DNA of 64,000 nt, taken from NCBI RefSeq assembly GCF_030013595.1, contig NZ_CP122768.1; one strand, written 5' to 3'. Positions 1-8,500 of the stretch are shown here, piece after piece. Position 1 is the stretch's first letter; each line of letters starts with the position of its first letter. The notes beneath the pieces are model-generated. The model was given only the letters and a program-made list of their open reading frames with translations, had not been told where the DNA came from and did not search any database. Source of the DNA: Escherichia coli. Its GTDB lineage: Bacteria > Pseudomonadota > Gammaproteobacteria > Enterobacterales > Enterobacteriaceae. A program made the translations under genes and the position numbers.

Positions 1-279
1 TTTAATCACTTCCCGGGGATGGACTTCCGTGCGGTTGATGGTGCCGGTGAAGAGGGTTTCACCGGCAATCAACTGATTCTGGTTGTTCAGATACAGTACC
101 CGGAACTCTTCCCGCTCCAGTCCTGCCATGTTCAGAATCAGCCATTCCCGTGCCGCATGCGTGGAGGTGAAGGCCACACCGGGTTCATGAAGATGGCGGT
201 CCAGGGTTTTCAGGGCCCGCTGAATGAGGCTGCGCTCACCGGGCGTCATCTCTCCGGGCAGAAAGGAAAGCTGTTGCAT
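1..279 (-). CDS. RadC-like JAB-domain protein (YeeS/YfjY/YkfG paralogue family), N-terminal part only; gene runs off the window start
   Basis: Minus-strand ATG at 277-279; in-frame translation MQQLSFLPGEMTPGERSLIQRALKTLDRHLHEPGVAFTSTHAAREWLILNMAGLEREEFRVLYLNNQ...NRTEVHPREVIK reaches position 1 with no stop. Not in ORF track because it is open at the edge. Family assignment from recalled similarity to prophage RadC paralogues. Confidence 0.65.
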   Translation of the reverse strand, partial: MQQLSFLPGEMTPGERSLIQRALKTLDRHLHEPGVAFTSTHAAREWLILNMAGLEREEFRVLYLNNQNQLIAGETLFTGTINRTEVHPREVIK

Positions 280-294
280 TGTGCTTCTCTCCAT

Positions 295-780
295 TCAGTC
301 GATGATGCGCATAATGGCGCTGCATTCCGGATGCTGCAGGGCATAATCCCGCAGCCGGTAATAATGGACCGTCATGGCATAACACTCCGTACGACAGGCA
401 TGATGACTGTACGTCATCAGACAGGCAGCAATGCCGGCGGCTTCCGGGCTCATTTCAGCGCGGTTACCGTTCATGACATTGAACAGTACCCATGTTTCGT
501 CATCATCGTCATCCGGTTCGGGGGCCATAAATGCCCCGCCGTTGTTCAGGGTGTACAGATTCCAGATACCACCGCAGTAGTCTTCACACAGACGGTCCAT
601 CCAGCCGAAGACACGGGGCTCCAGGGTCACCCACTGTGGAATAAGGCCAAAATGTTGCGGCCAGAAGCTGATGCGCTGTTCATCAGGGACGAGAGTAGCA
701 ACCAGCTGAGGTGGGTTATTCCCTGATGCAGCGGTTACGGAAACAGAAGGTGTGGTGGAATTATGCGTAACGGTTGTCAT
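295..780 (-). CDS. Antirestriction protein, ArdB/KlcA-like (YfjX/YafX family)
   Basis: 161-aa ORF; acidic DDDDDE stretch and C-terminal RLRDYALQHPECSAIMRIID typical of this family; conserved position between DUF932 and RadC-like genes as in CP4-type islands. Confidence 0.7.
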   Translation of the reverse strand: MTTVTHNSTTPSVSVTAASGNNPPQLVATLVPDEQRISFWPQHFGLIPQWVTLEPRVFGWMDRLCEDYCGGIWNLYTLNNGGAFMAPEPDDDDDETWVLFNVMNGNRAEMSPEAAGIAACLMTYSHHACRTECYAMTVHYYRLRDYALQHPECSAIMRIID

Positions 781-871
781 GAGATTATTCCTTATAAAAA
801 GTAAATGAATGGAAGAATGTCCGGAGGCAGGGACGGAAGTGAGTCAGGACTGCGCTTTCAGGGAAAAGGCA

Positions 872-1690
872 TCAGCGCATGCTCTCCAGCAGCGTTTCTG
901 CCATCACCCACAATGCGCGATTGAGCTTAATGTCGGTGTCGATGCTGTGAATGGCCCGGGTGTGGATACGTTTTCCTCTGGCACTGCGACCGGAAATTCC
1001 GCCTTTCAGCATATTCTCCTGGATGGTCTGATATGCGCTCCACAGGTCCTTGCCGTAATCCTCCCTGCGTCGTGGTGTCAGAATGTCAGCAGTGGTGACG
1101 GGCTGATGTTCGTCACCATAACGGTAAGTCAGTGCCGCCTGCGCCAGTGCCTGGCGTGCCGGTGGCGGCAGGACCAGCGACTGCATGGCATCACGTTTCT
1201 CCTCAATCCGGTCAAACACGCCCACCACTTCGTAAGCCCCTTCAATAACTTTCTCCACCACGTTTCCCCGGTGCGGAACACGCACTTCCCCCAGAGACTG
1301 ACCACAGACGCAGCCGTTCTGGCAGACGAATCTGAAGTAACCCGGCAGCATCTGGTAGCTGGAGGTACCGTCATGGGAGTTGAGCAGAATAATTTCAGGG
1401 ACATGTTGTCCGGTTATCTCCCCGTCACGCCGCAGACGCAGCATGTGTTTTGTGTATTCCCGGCGACCCGGGTCACGCACACGTGTCTGGCAGGCGAAGA
1501 ATGGCTGAAAGCCTTCCCGCTGCAGACTTTCCAGTACGGTGATGGTGGGAATGTACGCATAGCGTTCACTGCGGGAGGTATGCCGGTCTTCTCCAAAAAT
1601 ACTGGGAACATAGTGCATCAGCTCTTCATGTGTCAGTGGACGTTCACGGCGTATCTGGTTTGTATAACCAAAACGACTGGCTAATCGCAT
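872..1690 (-). CDS. DUF932 family protein (YfjQ/YafZ-like), CP4-type island core gene
   Basis: 272-aa ORF starting MRLASRFGYTNQIRRERPLTHEELMHYVPSIFGED; length and N-terminus match the recalled YfjQ/YafZ paralogues; gene order DUF932 - antirestriction - RadC. Confidence 0.65.
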   Translation of the reverse strand: MRLASRFGYTNQIRRERPLTHEELMHYVPSIFGEDRHTSRSERYAYIPTITVLESLQREGFQPFFACQTRVRDPGRREYTKHMLRLRRDGEITGQHVPEIILLNSHDGTSSYQMLPGYFRFVCQNGCVCGQSLGEVRVPHRGNVVEKVIEGAYEVVGVFDRIEEKRDAMQSLVLPPPARQALAQAALTYRYGDEHQPVTTADILTPRRREDYGKDLWSAYQTIQENMLKGGISGRSARGKRIHTRAIHSIDTDIKLNRALWVMAETLLESMR

Positions 1691-2100
1691 AATTGCTCCT
1701 TATGAATGATTAAGCGGTATAAATGAAAAAACCGCGTCTCCCGGAGAAGACGCGGCCTGATGGGTGAAATGAATGAGGTTTATTGTCCGGGAAGCCCTTC
1801 ACTGGTGAGCCACGCATTAAGTTGTTTGCCTGCATAGGGTTCAGAATTCCGGCAGCGCCAGCGTCGCTGACCTTCCGCGTTGCGGATAATCCGCCGGAAA
1901 TGCATTCCTGGATAAACACATTGCGGTAAGCTGTTATGACAGCAACTGTCTGTTTGCGTGAGAAAGGATCTTCGGAAAATAAAAGTAATGTACAGCCCGT
2001 CATGTATTTTCAGGTAAAAATAAAGCCCCTGCCATTATGGCAGAGGATTTATTTACATTTGATATTAATAACGCGCAGATAAGATACTATAATTCATACA

Positions 2101-2514
2101 TTAAATTTTGATTTCGTCAAGCCCGACAATCTTATGAATCGTATTGTCGTAAAGTTTAACGCCCGGTTTACCGTTTTTTAGGGTAACGAAACCGGCGGTG
2201 ATGTTGCCTTCACAACTTTGATTGTTGTTGTATTTGATGGTCTGGGCTTTACCGGTATAGAAATTAATTACGCCGTATAAACCATCCCAGCACGCTGTAC
2301 CCCCCATGGCGTGTACCAGACCGTATTGCATGTCTTTGGATGTGCCCAGGTATTCACAACCTCCGTCGATAGTATCAGTACCCTGACACCAGAATTCTGT
2401 ACCGTCAGTAACGTCAGTCAGGTTGGTCGGTAAAGGAACGGCATTGTTTGCTGATACATTAGCAGTAAAGAAACTGATAACTGCAATCATTAAAATAGTG
2501 ATGATATTTTTCAT
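2101..2514 (-). CDS. Hypothetical secreted Cys-containing protein (signal peptide)
   Basis: 137-aa ORF with hydrophobic N-terminus MKNIITILMIAVISFFTANVSA; six Cys in mature part; lies in visibly AT-rich DNA. Confidence 0.45.
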   Translation of the reverse strand: MKNIITILMIAVISFFTANVSANNAVPLPTNLTDVTDGTEFWCQGTDTIDGGCEYLGTSKDMQYGLVHAMGGTACWDGLYGVINFYTGKAQTIKYNNNQSCEGNITAGFVTLKNGKPGVKLYDNTIHKIVGLDEIKI

Positions 2515-2783
2515 GATAAATACTCCATTGTTTCTGATGTTAAATAAAAGTATAAAAACTGTTTCTGCAATACTTATAATCCACTCGAGAGGTCAGGATT
2601 AACCCCCGACTTGTTTATTAAACACATACCTGAAGATATGACCTTCAACATGGTGATATATTTATACTATGTTTCTGACTGTCTCCTGAATCAAATAAAA
2701 TATATCCGTTCCATGATGAACATCATTTACCTGTTAAGAACACTAATAACCTGATTATTTAGCAAACTCTGCGAGAAAGAATA

Positions 2784-3323
2784 TCAGATCGTAAATAACA
2801 CCAGTATCAGCATAACCAGCCAGACCCAGAAATAAGCAGGTTTTTGCCCGAGGATCTTTGCCCGACGCCACAGATAAACCGGGATCAGCCATGCCAGCCA
2901 GCCAAATGCTGTGGTATCAACACCAGATTTACGGAGTTTTCGTTCATCCAGATATCCCAGAGCAATATTCAGAATCAGAGAGATAAACCAGTACTGGCCT
3001 TCGCTGACTGCATCATAAGCCCGTTCAAATGACATACCGTTCAGCCCGGCAGTCCACATCTCAAGTATGTACCCAATCAAAGGGGCAAATGCCAGCGTCC
3101 AGACAACGTCTCCGGGAATGCGGTGACCCGGAAGGGCCGGAGGAACTTCACTTTGTTTCAGTATTTCCGCCAGTGATGTGGCTGAAACTGGCTGCCATTC
3201 CAGCATGCCCTGTTGCCACACCAGTGTTGATGCATTCAGTTCACCACGCCGGATACGTTCGATAATATCTTCCTCTGTTACGTTATCATAACGTACACCA
3301 TTTTTTTCATAATGCCAGTTCAT
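2784..3323 (-). CDS. Membrane protein with N-terminal DUF4339 (GYF-like) domain
   Basis: 179-aa ORF; N-terminus MNWHYEKNGVRYDNVTEEDIIERIRRGELNASTLVWQQGMLEWQPV fits the W-Y-x-NG...TLVW..GM..W pattern of DUF4339; C-terminal half has hydrophobic helices. Confidence 0.5.
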   Translation of the reverse strand: MNWHYEKNGVRYDNVTEEDIIERIRRGELNASTLVWQQGMLEWQPVSATSLAEILKQSEVPPALPGHRIPGDVVWTLAFAPLIGYILEMWTAGLNGMSFERAYDAVSEGQYWFISLILNIALGYLDERKLRKSGVDTTAFGWLAWLIPVYLWRRAKILGQKPAYFWVWLVMLILVLFTI

Positions 3324-3447
3324 CTGATTCTCCTGTTAATCATTCAGTTAATAAAACATGTGACATCCAAAACAAAAATATTTTTATGATATTCATTTTC
3401 ACTCACTGTATTAAATTAAACTGAGGTGTTTTACACCACGTTATCAA

Positions 3448-3905
3448 TTATTCCTGGAACCAGGTGTTCCAGCAGCTACCGTAGAATTTGTTACCCAAAG
3501 TCTTTTTCTCATTTTTGATATTTGCGGTATAGCTGTCGACTTTCTTACCGTTTACTAAAACGTCGAGCTTCGTGGCTTCACCGATAGCATCGATAAAGTA
3601 TACCCACGCATTCTTATTCATTCGTGTTCCGTCGACAGGTGGGGCCGAATACTTTTTACCGTTGATGATAAAAATAATATCAGAATCGTACTGATTTAGC
3701 GGGGTGGGGGTATGACCGTAAATCCACTCATATGTGGTAGCAAATTGTTGTCTTCTGGATTAATCGTGCAGTTAATAGAAACACTACCGACACTGAACAT
3801 ATCGGTGCCAGCAACACTGTTACGCTTCTACAATGCCGATTCTGCTTGTGCTACGGTTGTACTTACAGTTAAAACAACAGCTAAAAGAATGTTTAACAGT
3901 TTCAT
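3448..3905 (-). pseudogene. Disrupted gene for a small secreted protein (signal peptide followed by in-frame stop, remainder in another frame)
   Basis: Minus-strand ATG at 3905 gives MKLLNILLAVVLTVSTTVAQAESAL then TAG; a ~100-codon open stretch in a different frame ends ...GSCWNTWFQE at 3448. Confidence 0.3.
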
Positions 3906-4036
3906 GAGATTTCTCCCCAAAATTAAATAAATTAATCTTAACCATCATCCGGGTAATATATATCTGAAAATATTTTCAATAACACCAGATAAGAAAAACA
4001 CCACCACAGTGGCGGTGGCGTTTCTCCGGTGTGTCT

Positions 4037-5107
4037 TTATTTAATCCGGGCCATCGCGTTTCTCAGTGCCGAATCTGCACCTTCAGTTATCTCCTGGCTT
4101 TTCTGTAATACCGCCTCTGACCGGGTCAGTGCCTGACGCGCCGCCAGTGGTTTCCGGATATGCTCCATCGTCAGCATCGTGTCCTCGTAGCCCTGCTGAC
4201 GCCAGGCGTCGATATGTGCCGACGTGAAACTGAGCAGACCGCCACTGTTGCCACCATCACCTGCATGTTTCAGCCTTTTCCGGGGACGGATTTCAAGGAT
4301 TGTGGTGTCCGGAAAAGCCCGACGATCCCATAAAGAACCGTCACTCAGATGCGTCACAATCACCATATTGCATCCGGCATCCACCAGTGGCGTCACGGGA
4401 GTATTCCCCTGCCTGTTTCGCCATCCGCCCATCCCACCATCACCGTACATTGTTCCCTGAACCTCGCGGGGACGGAACAGCAGAGGCAGCGCGGCTGACG
4501 CCAGTAAAGCTTCTTTCTGCTGCCCGCGGGGCAGACTCTGGATATGCTGAAAAACGGCGTTTTTCGTGGTTCCGGCACCCAGTTCAGCACGAATGCAGTC
4601 AATAATATCCTGCATGCCTCCTTCTGTGGGGTACAGCGACACGTACAGCGGTAGCCCGTCAGCCAGAGCATCTGTATCAAGATAATGATCCATCAGCGCT
4701 GTCAGGGGCTCATCTGACAACAGCGGCTGAATCATCGGATTGTCGAACCCGTTGATTGTCGATATATGGCGAAAAAGCGTCGTAAGCAGTGCGCCCGCAC
4801 GTCCGGGGATCTGGCAGAGGTTCATGGCCTGAACCAGTTTTTTCAGCAATGAAAAGTAAACCGATCTGTTTACCGACAGAACCTGATTATTCCCCAGATG
4901 ATCCCAGAGCGCCTCCAGGCGTAAGGTGGCTTCTGACAGATCGGGAGAGGCCGCGATAATGGCACCATTGAGAGCCCCGATACTGGCTCCTGAGACCATA
5001 CTGATCTGTGCGCCGCACTCTGCCAGTGCCTTAACCACCCCCGCCTGATAAGCGCCCACCGCTCCGCCGCCGGACAGCACCAGCCCCGTTTGCATTTCTG
5101 TACTCAT
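4037..5107 (-). CDS. Patatin-like phospholipase
   Basis: 356-aa ORF; Gly-rich oxyanion motif LSGGGAVGAYQAG, lipase serine motif GASIG (GxSxG), and a DGG aspartate motif (YGDGGMGG) near the C-terminus; ATG at 5107 overlaps stop of upstream gene (ATGA). Confidence 0.8.
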   Translation of the reverse strand: MSTEMQTGLVLSGGGAVGAYQAGVVKALAECGAQISMVSGASIGALNGAIIAASPDLSEATLRLEALWDHLGNNQVLSVNRSVYFSLLKKLVQAMNLCQIPGRAGALLTTLFRHISTINGFDNPMIQPLLSDEPLTALMDHYLDTDALADGLPLYVSLYPTEGGMQDIIDCIRAELGAGTTKNAVFQHIQSLPRGQQKEALLASAALPLLFRPREVQGTMYGDGGMGGWRNRQGNTPVTPLVDAGCNMVIVTHLSDGSLWDRRAFPDTTILEIRPRKRLKHAGDGGNSGGLLSFTSAHIDAWRQQGYEDTMLTMEHIRKPLAARQALTRSEAVLQKSQEITEGADSALRNAMARIK

Positions 5108-6009
5108 GCCTCTCCCTTCTGAAATATTTCATCAACCATACTTTCAGAGAGGCGTTCTGCAGAGCAGAGACGGGGCATACGAACCGGTAAGTGTTCTGCA
5201 GCCTGCGTGGTTGACCAGATCACAGGATGCCGCTCTTCACTGCACCAGTCCCCCAGCCAGTTAACCGCTTCATGCCATTCGTTATCAGCCTGTTCCCGGC
5301 GCTGACCACCAAGCCAGTCCAGTGTGTTCAGACGTACTGTTGCGCTACCGCCACTCTCCCGTGCCATCTGCGTTAATGCTTTATATCTGAGAATATCCAG
5401 TAACTGATTAACCTGGCCTGTTTCACCCTGACGAATCACATCACCAAACGCGCCCCAGCGAAGCTCTTCAAGCGCCACATAACAACGTCCGGCAGGGGAA
5501 AATGACGCGTATCGCCCGGCGCTCCACCACGAGAATATCTGCTCAAGATGTAACTGTGCCCGCTGAACCTGGTCAACACGGTGGAGTTTTTCCTCAAGAT
5601 GATTCAGTTTCTGATGAACCTGTTCTGCCAGAGTGAGTAACTGCTCCCGCGTGTCAGCCGAATAATGCGCCAGCCTGGCAGTATCACTGACCAGTGAACT
5701 GACCCTGTCGTTTACCCGGGTAATCGCGTAGTTTGTGGTGGCAAGTGACGTTGTCAGCTCCGTCAGCCAGCGCAGGGACGCCTCAACGCCCTGTGCAAGC
5801 GACGCATTGATGGCATTCTGCCGTGCAGCGCCTTCGCCGGTCAGCCCCTCTTTTAAACGCCGGAAGAACGTGCGCTCTCCGGCCGTGCGGATATGCTCCT
5901 GTGCAACATCGATTCCGTTTGCGAAATCAACCACAAATTTTTCAGGAAGACAGGTGAGTACCTGACATACCCGGTTATCAGCAATTTGTTGAATAAATGG
6001 TGAAGTCAC
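5104..6009 (-). CDS. Coiled-coil hypothetical protein (YjcZ-like partner of dynamin-like GTPase)
   Basis: 301-aa ORF with GTG start overlapping the dynamin stop (GTGA) and its own stop overlapping the patatin start; no catalytic motif recognised; YjcZ comparison is by size and position only. Confidence 0.55.
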   Translation of the reverse strand: MTSPFIQQIADNRVCQVLTCLPEKFVVDFANGIDVAQEHIRTAGERTFFRRLKEGLTGEGAARQNAINASLAQGVEASLRWLTELTTSLATTNYAITRVNDRVSSLVSDTARLAHYSADTREQLLTLAEQVHQKLNHLEEKLHRVDQVQRAQLHLEQIFSWWSAGRYASFSPAGRCYVALEELRWGAFGDVIRQGETGQVNQLLDILRYKALTQMARESGGSATVRLNTLDWLGGQRREQADNEWHEAVNWLGDWCSEERHPVIWSTTQAAEHLPVRMPRLCSAERLSESMVDEIFQKGEA

Positions 6010-8393
6010 AGCATTGTCTCCAGCTCTTCCCTCAGCGCCTTACTGTCAGTAATGAGCTCAGGAACCCTTTCATTTAATGCCTGAAGTCGCCCGGTAAGCC
6101 GTTCCTGCGCCTGCTGATCGCGTTTATGATCTTCAGAGCTCTGAATCAGCGTGTTACGCAGTTGTTCAACTTTCTCCCTGAATGCGCAGAAAAAGGCATC
6201 GATTTCCTGGCGGACGGGCTGGTTAATATCCTGCTCAATGGATGCCTGCAGCTCCCCGAAATATGCCCGGGTCAGTGACATAACTTCCTCTCTGGCCTTG
6301 TTGATATTGATCACGCTGCGACTCACATCCTCGTCATAGTTTTCCCAGCCCAGGTCACTGGTGCCAAACCATCGACAAACGGTTCCCCATACGCCACTCT
6401 GCCGACGGCGACGGGTGACGGTCTCCGTTCTTTCCTCCATAAGCGCACTCAGATTTATTTTTACCGCGAGCCGGGTCTGTAACTGGCTGACTGCCGGAAA
6501 ACTGATTTTTACGGTAAAGCCCTCATCCTCCAGGCGGGCATTGATGCGACCGGCAATGTTTTCTGTGGCGTACAGGGCCGTGCCACGAAAACCTGTTTCA
6601 ATCCCGCTGACGATTTTCTCCAGCTCAGGCCGGAACTGTGCTTCAGCCTCACGGTGCAGGCTGGTCACGGTCGATTCGATTTGCGTCATCAGTTCAAGGG
6701 CTGCCCTGCGATCACTGAATTTTATTTCGGGGCTGTCCGGATCAAAGTCCCGCATCCTGTCATGCTGATTTCCGGTTCCGAAAATATCGTGAAAGAAAGC
6801 GAATGCGTTTCTCTCCCGGGGCTGCGCTGAATTTTCTTCCTCCAGCATTTGCTGTTCTTTGCGTTTACCGCTTCTGAAATAGTCGTTCAGCTCCTCCTCC
6901 AGTGAGGCACAGACCTTCGTCAGTAATTCCCCGGTTTTGGTATTGATGTCCTCCATGGCCATTCTGACATCACCGGTCACCTGATTCTGACATTCCTCAA
7001 TCTCCTGGATATCCGCCAGCAGGCTGGTAATATGCGCCTGTAGTGACTGAATGCTTTGCTGCAGCCCCTGATGACGTAATGACAGATATTCGCTGACATT
7101 TTCTGCATTCTGCATCAGTTTTGCGGCGGCAGAGTCAACCGCCAGTGCCGCCGCTCTGGAATGGGAGCTCTGTATGACTTCCGTTATCAGTTGATCGATC
7201 AGAGATATATTCCAGAGTTTTTCTGCCTTTTTATTTACCTTAGTGCTGTCTTTCCAGTCGTCCTCTTCCACCATAGGTCCGAAAGCTTCCCTGATAAAAT
7301 CATCGACCCAGGCTTCATCAACCGGAAGCGCACCGTTTTTTCGTAACTCATGAAGCGCACGGTTAGCCAGGTACGCCTGACGTGATGAGCCGGGATAAAC
7401 GCGGGAGGCGGGCAGCACATCGCTGTTCAGCATTGCTGGCACCTTCTGGCGTACGGCATCCGCACCATCACCATTGCGATCTTTTTCATCGAATTTATTG
7501 ACCAGCACAAACAGACGACCGGCTGAGACGTCAGCAATGGCATTAAGCTCTTTACGAACCTCCTCATCGGCTTTCGAGTTCATCTGGGTGTAATCCATCA
7601 CCGCCAGCACCGCAGAGGCTTTCTGTAGTTGATCCCGCATCATCATTTCCATCTGTGGTTGTCCGGCTTCATTAGGGCCGGGGGTATCCAGCAGTGTGAG
7701 TGTTCCCTGACATGCATCCATTCCCACCAGGTGGCTGAACGCCACGTCGATCACCGGTAGTTTCTGCACTTCTGCGTATTCGTCAAAAGGAAATTCAGTC
7801 CCCATTGCCGCAGCAAGACGAACCAGGTCATTTAACGATGCCAGTCCGGTAAAGATTTCGTCTTCCCCGTGGTATTCATTTTTAAGCCAGACATCATCCG
7901 CCAGAATATCCAGTAGTTCGCGGGTATCCCCGGTTTGCTGCAGGGACTGTGCGACTTGCTGCCCTGCCGGGGTGGCGAGTTTTTCCTGCAGTGTGATTAA
8001 TAAATTGCGGACGGGCTGAATATGTTCCAGATGGAGGACCGGTTCCGTTTTTCCGGGAACGTGGCGGATCAATGTCGGTACCGAGGTCATGGGGCGGTTA
8101 CGGTTGGGCAGAATTTCCTGCCCCACAATGGCGTTGATGGTGGTTGATTTGCCCGCCTTCATCGTGCCGACCACAGCCAGCACCATCTCCCTGCGGGCGG
8201 TTTTGATTTGTTCGCCCTCCAGCTCCTCAATTCTTTTCAGCGCTTTCCGTTTATCAAAAAGCAGCCCGTTTTCGTTCTTACTGTCAGATAACACATCCGG
8301 CTCATCAACCATTTGCCGGAGCAGATTGATATTCAGTTGCAAAAGCCGGTCGGCTTCATCACAAAGCAGGGCGATGTTCTTTTCGTGCATCAT
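6006..8393 (-). CDS. Dynamin-like GTPase (CrfC/YjdA-like bacterial dynamin)
   Basis: 795-aa ORF; G1 P-loop VVGTMKAGKSTTINAIVG, G3 LLDTPGPNE, G4 VNKFD; long helical C-terminal region; N-terminal block closely resembles my recollection of E. coli YjdA. Confidence 0.75.
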   Translation of the reverse strand: MMHEKNIALLCDEADRLLQLNINLLRQMVDEPDVLSDSKNENGLLFDKRKALKRIEELEGEQIKTARREMVLAVVGTMKAGKSTTINAIVGQEILPNRNRPMTSVPTLIRHVPGKTEPVLHLEHIQPVRNLLITLQEKLATPAGQQVAQSLQQTGDTRELLDILADDVWLKNEYHGEDEIFTGLASLNDLVRLAAAMGTEFPFDEYAEVQKLPVIDVAFSHLVGMDACQGTLTLLDTPGPNEAGQPQMEMMMRDQLQKASAVLAVMDYTQMNSKADEEVRKELNAIADVSAGRLFVLVNKFDEKDRNGDGADAVRQKVPAMLNSDVLPASRVYPGSSRQAYLANRALHELRKNGALPVDEAWVDDFIREAFGPMVEEDDWKDSTKVNKKAEKLWNISLIDQLITEVIQSSHSRAAALAVDSAAAKLMQNAENVSEYLSLRHQGLQQSIQSLQAHITSLLADIQEIEECQNQVTGDVRMAMEDINTKTGELLTKVCASLEEELNDYFRSGKRKEQQMLEEENSAQPRERNAFAFFHDIFGTGNQHDRMRDFDPDSPEIKFSDRRAALELMTQIESTVTSLHREAEAQFRPELEKIVSGIETGFRGTALYATENIAGRINARLEDEGFTVKISFPAVSQLQTRLAVKINLSALMEERTETVTRRRRQSGVWGTVCRWFGTSDLGWENYDEDVSRSVININKAREEVMSLTRAYFGELQASIEQDINQPVRQEIDAFFCAFREKVEQLRNTLIQSSEDHKRDQQAQERLTGRLQALNERVPELITDSKALREELETML

Positions 8394-8500
8394 TCACCTT
8401 TATAAATTCAATAATTCAGAACTGCGGTGAACAGCAATGAGCGTCCTTTCCCATTACTGCATGAATTTTCCTGAAATCGTATTTCCGGGATACCGTATAA

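Noticed and set aside
19-726. 235-aa plus-strand ORF
   Set aside because: Lies antisense across the RadC-like and antirestriction genes, which have recognisable family features; no motif of its own; typical shadow ORF.
809-1684. 291-aa plus-strand ORF
   Set aside because: Antisense to the DUF932 gene, Cys/His-rich low-complexity translation; shadow ORF.
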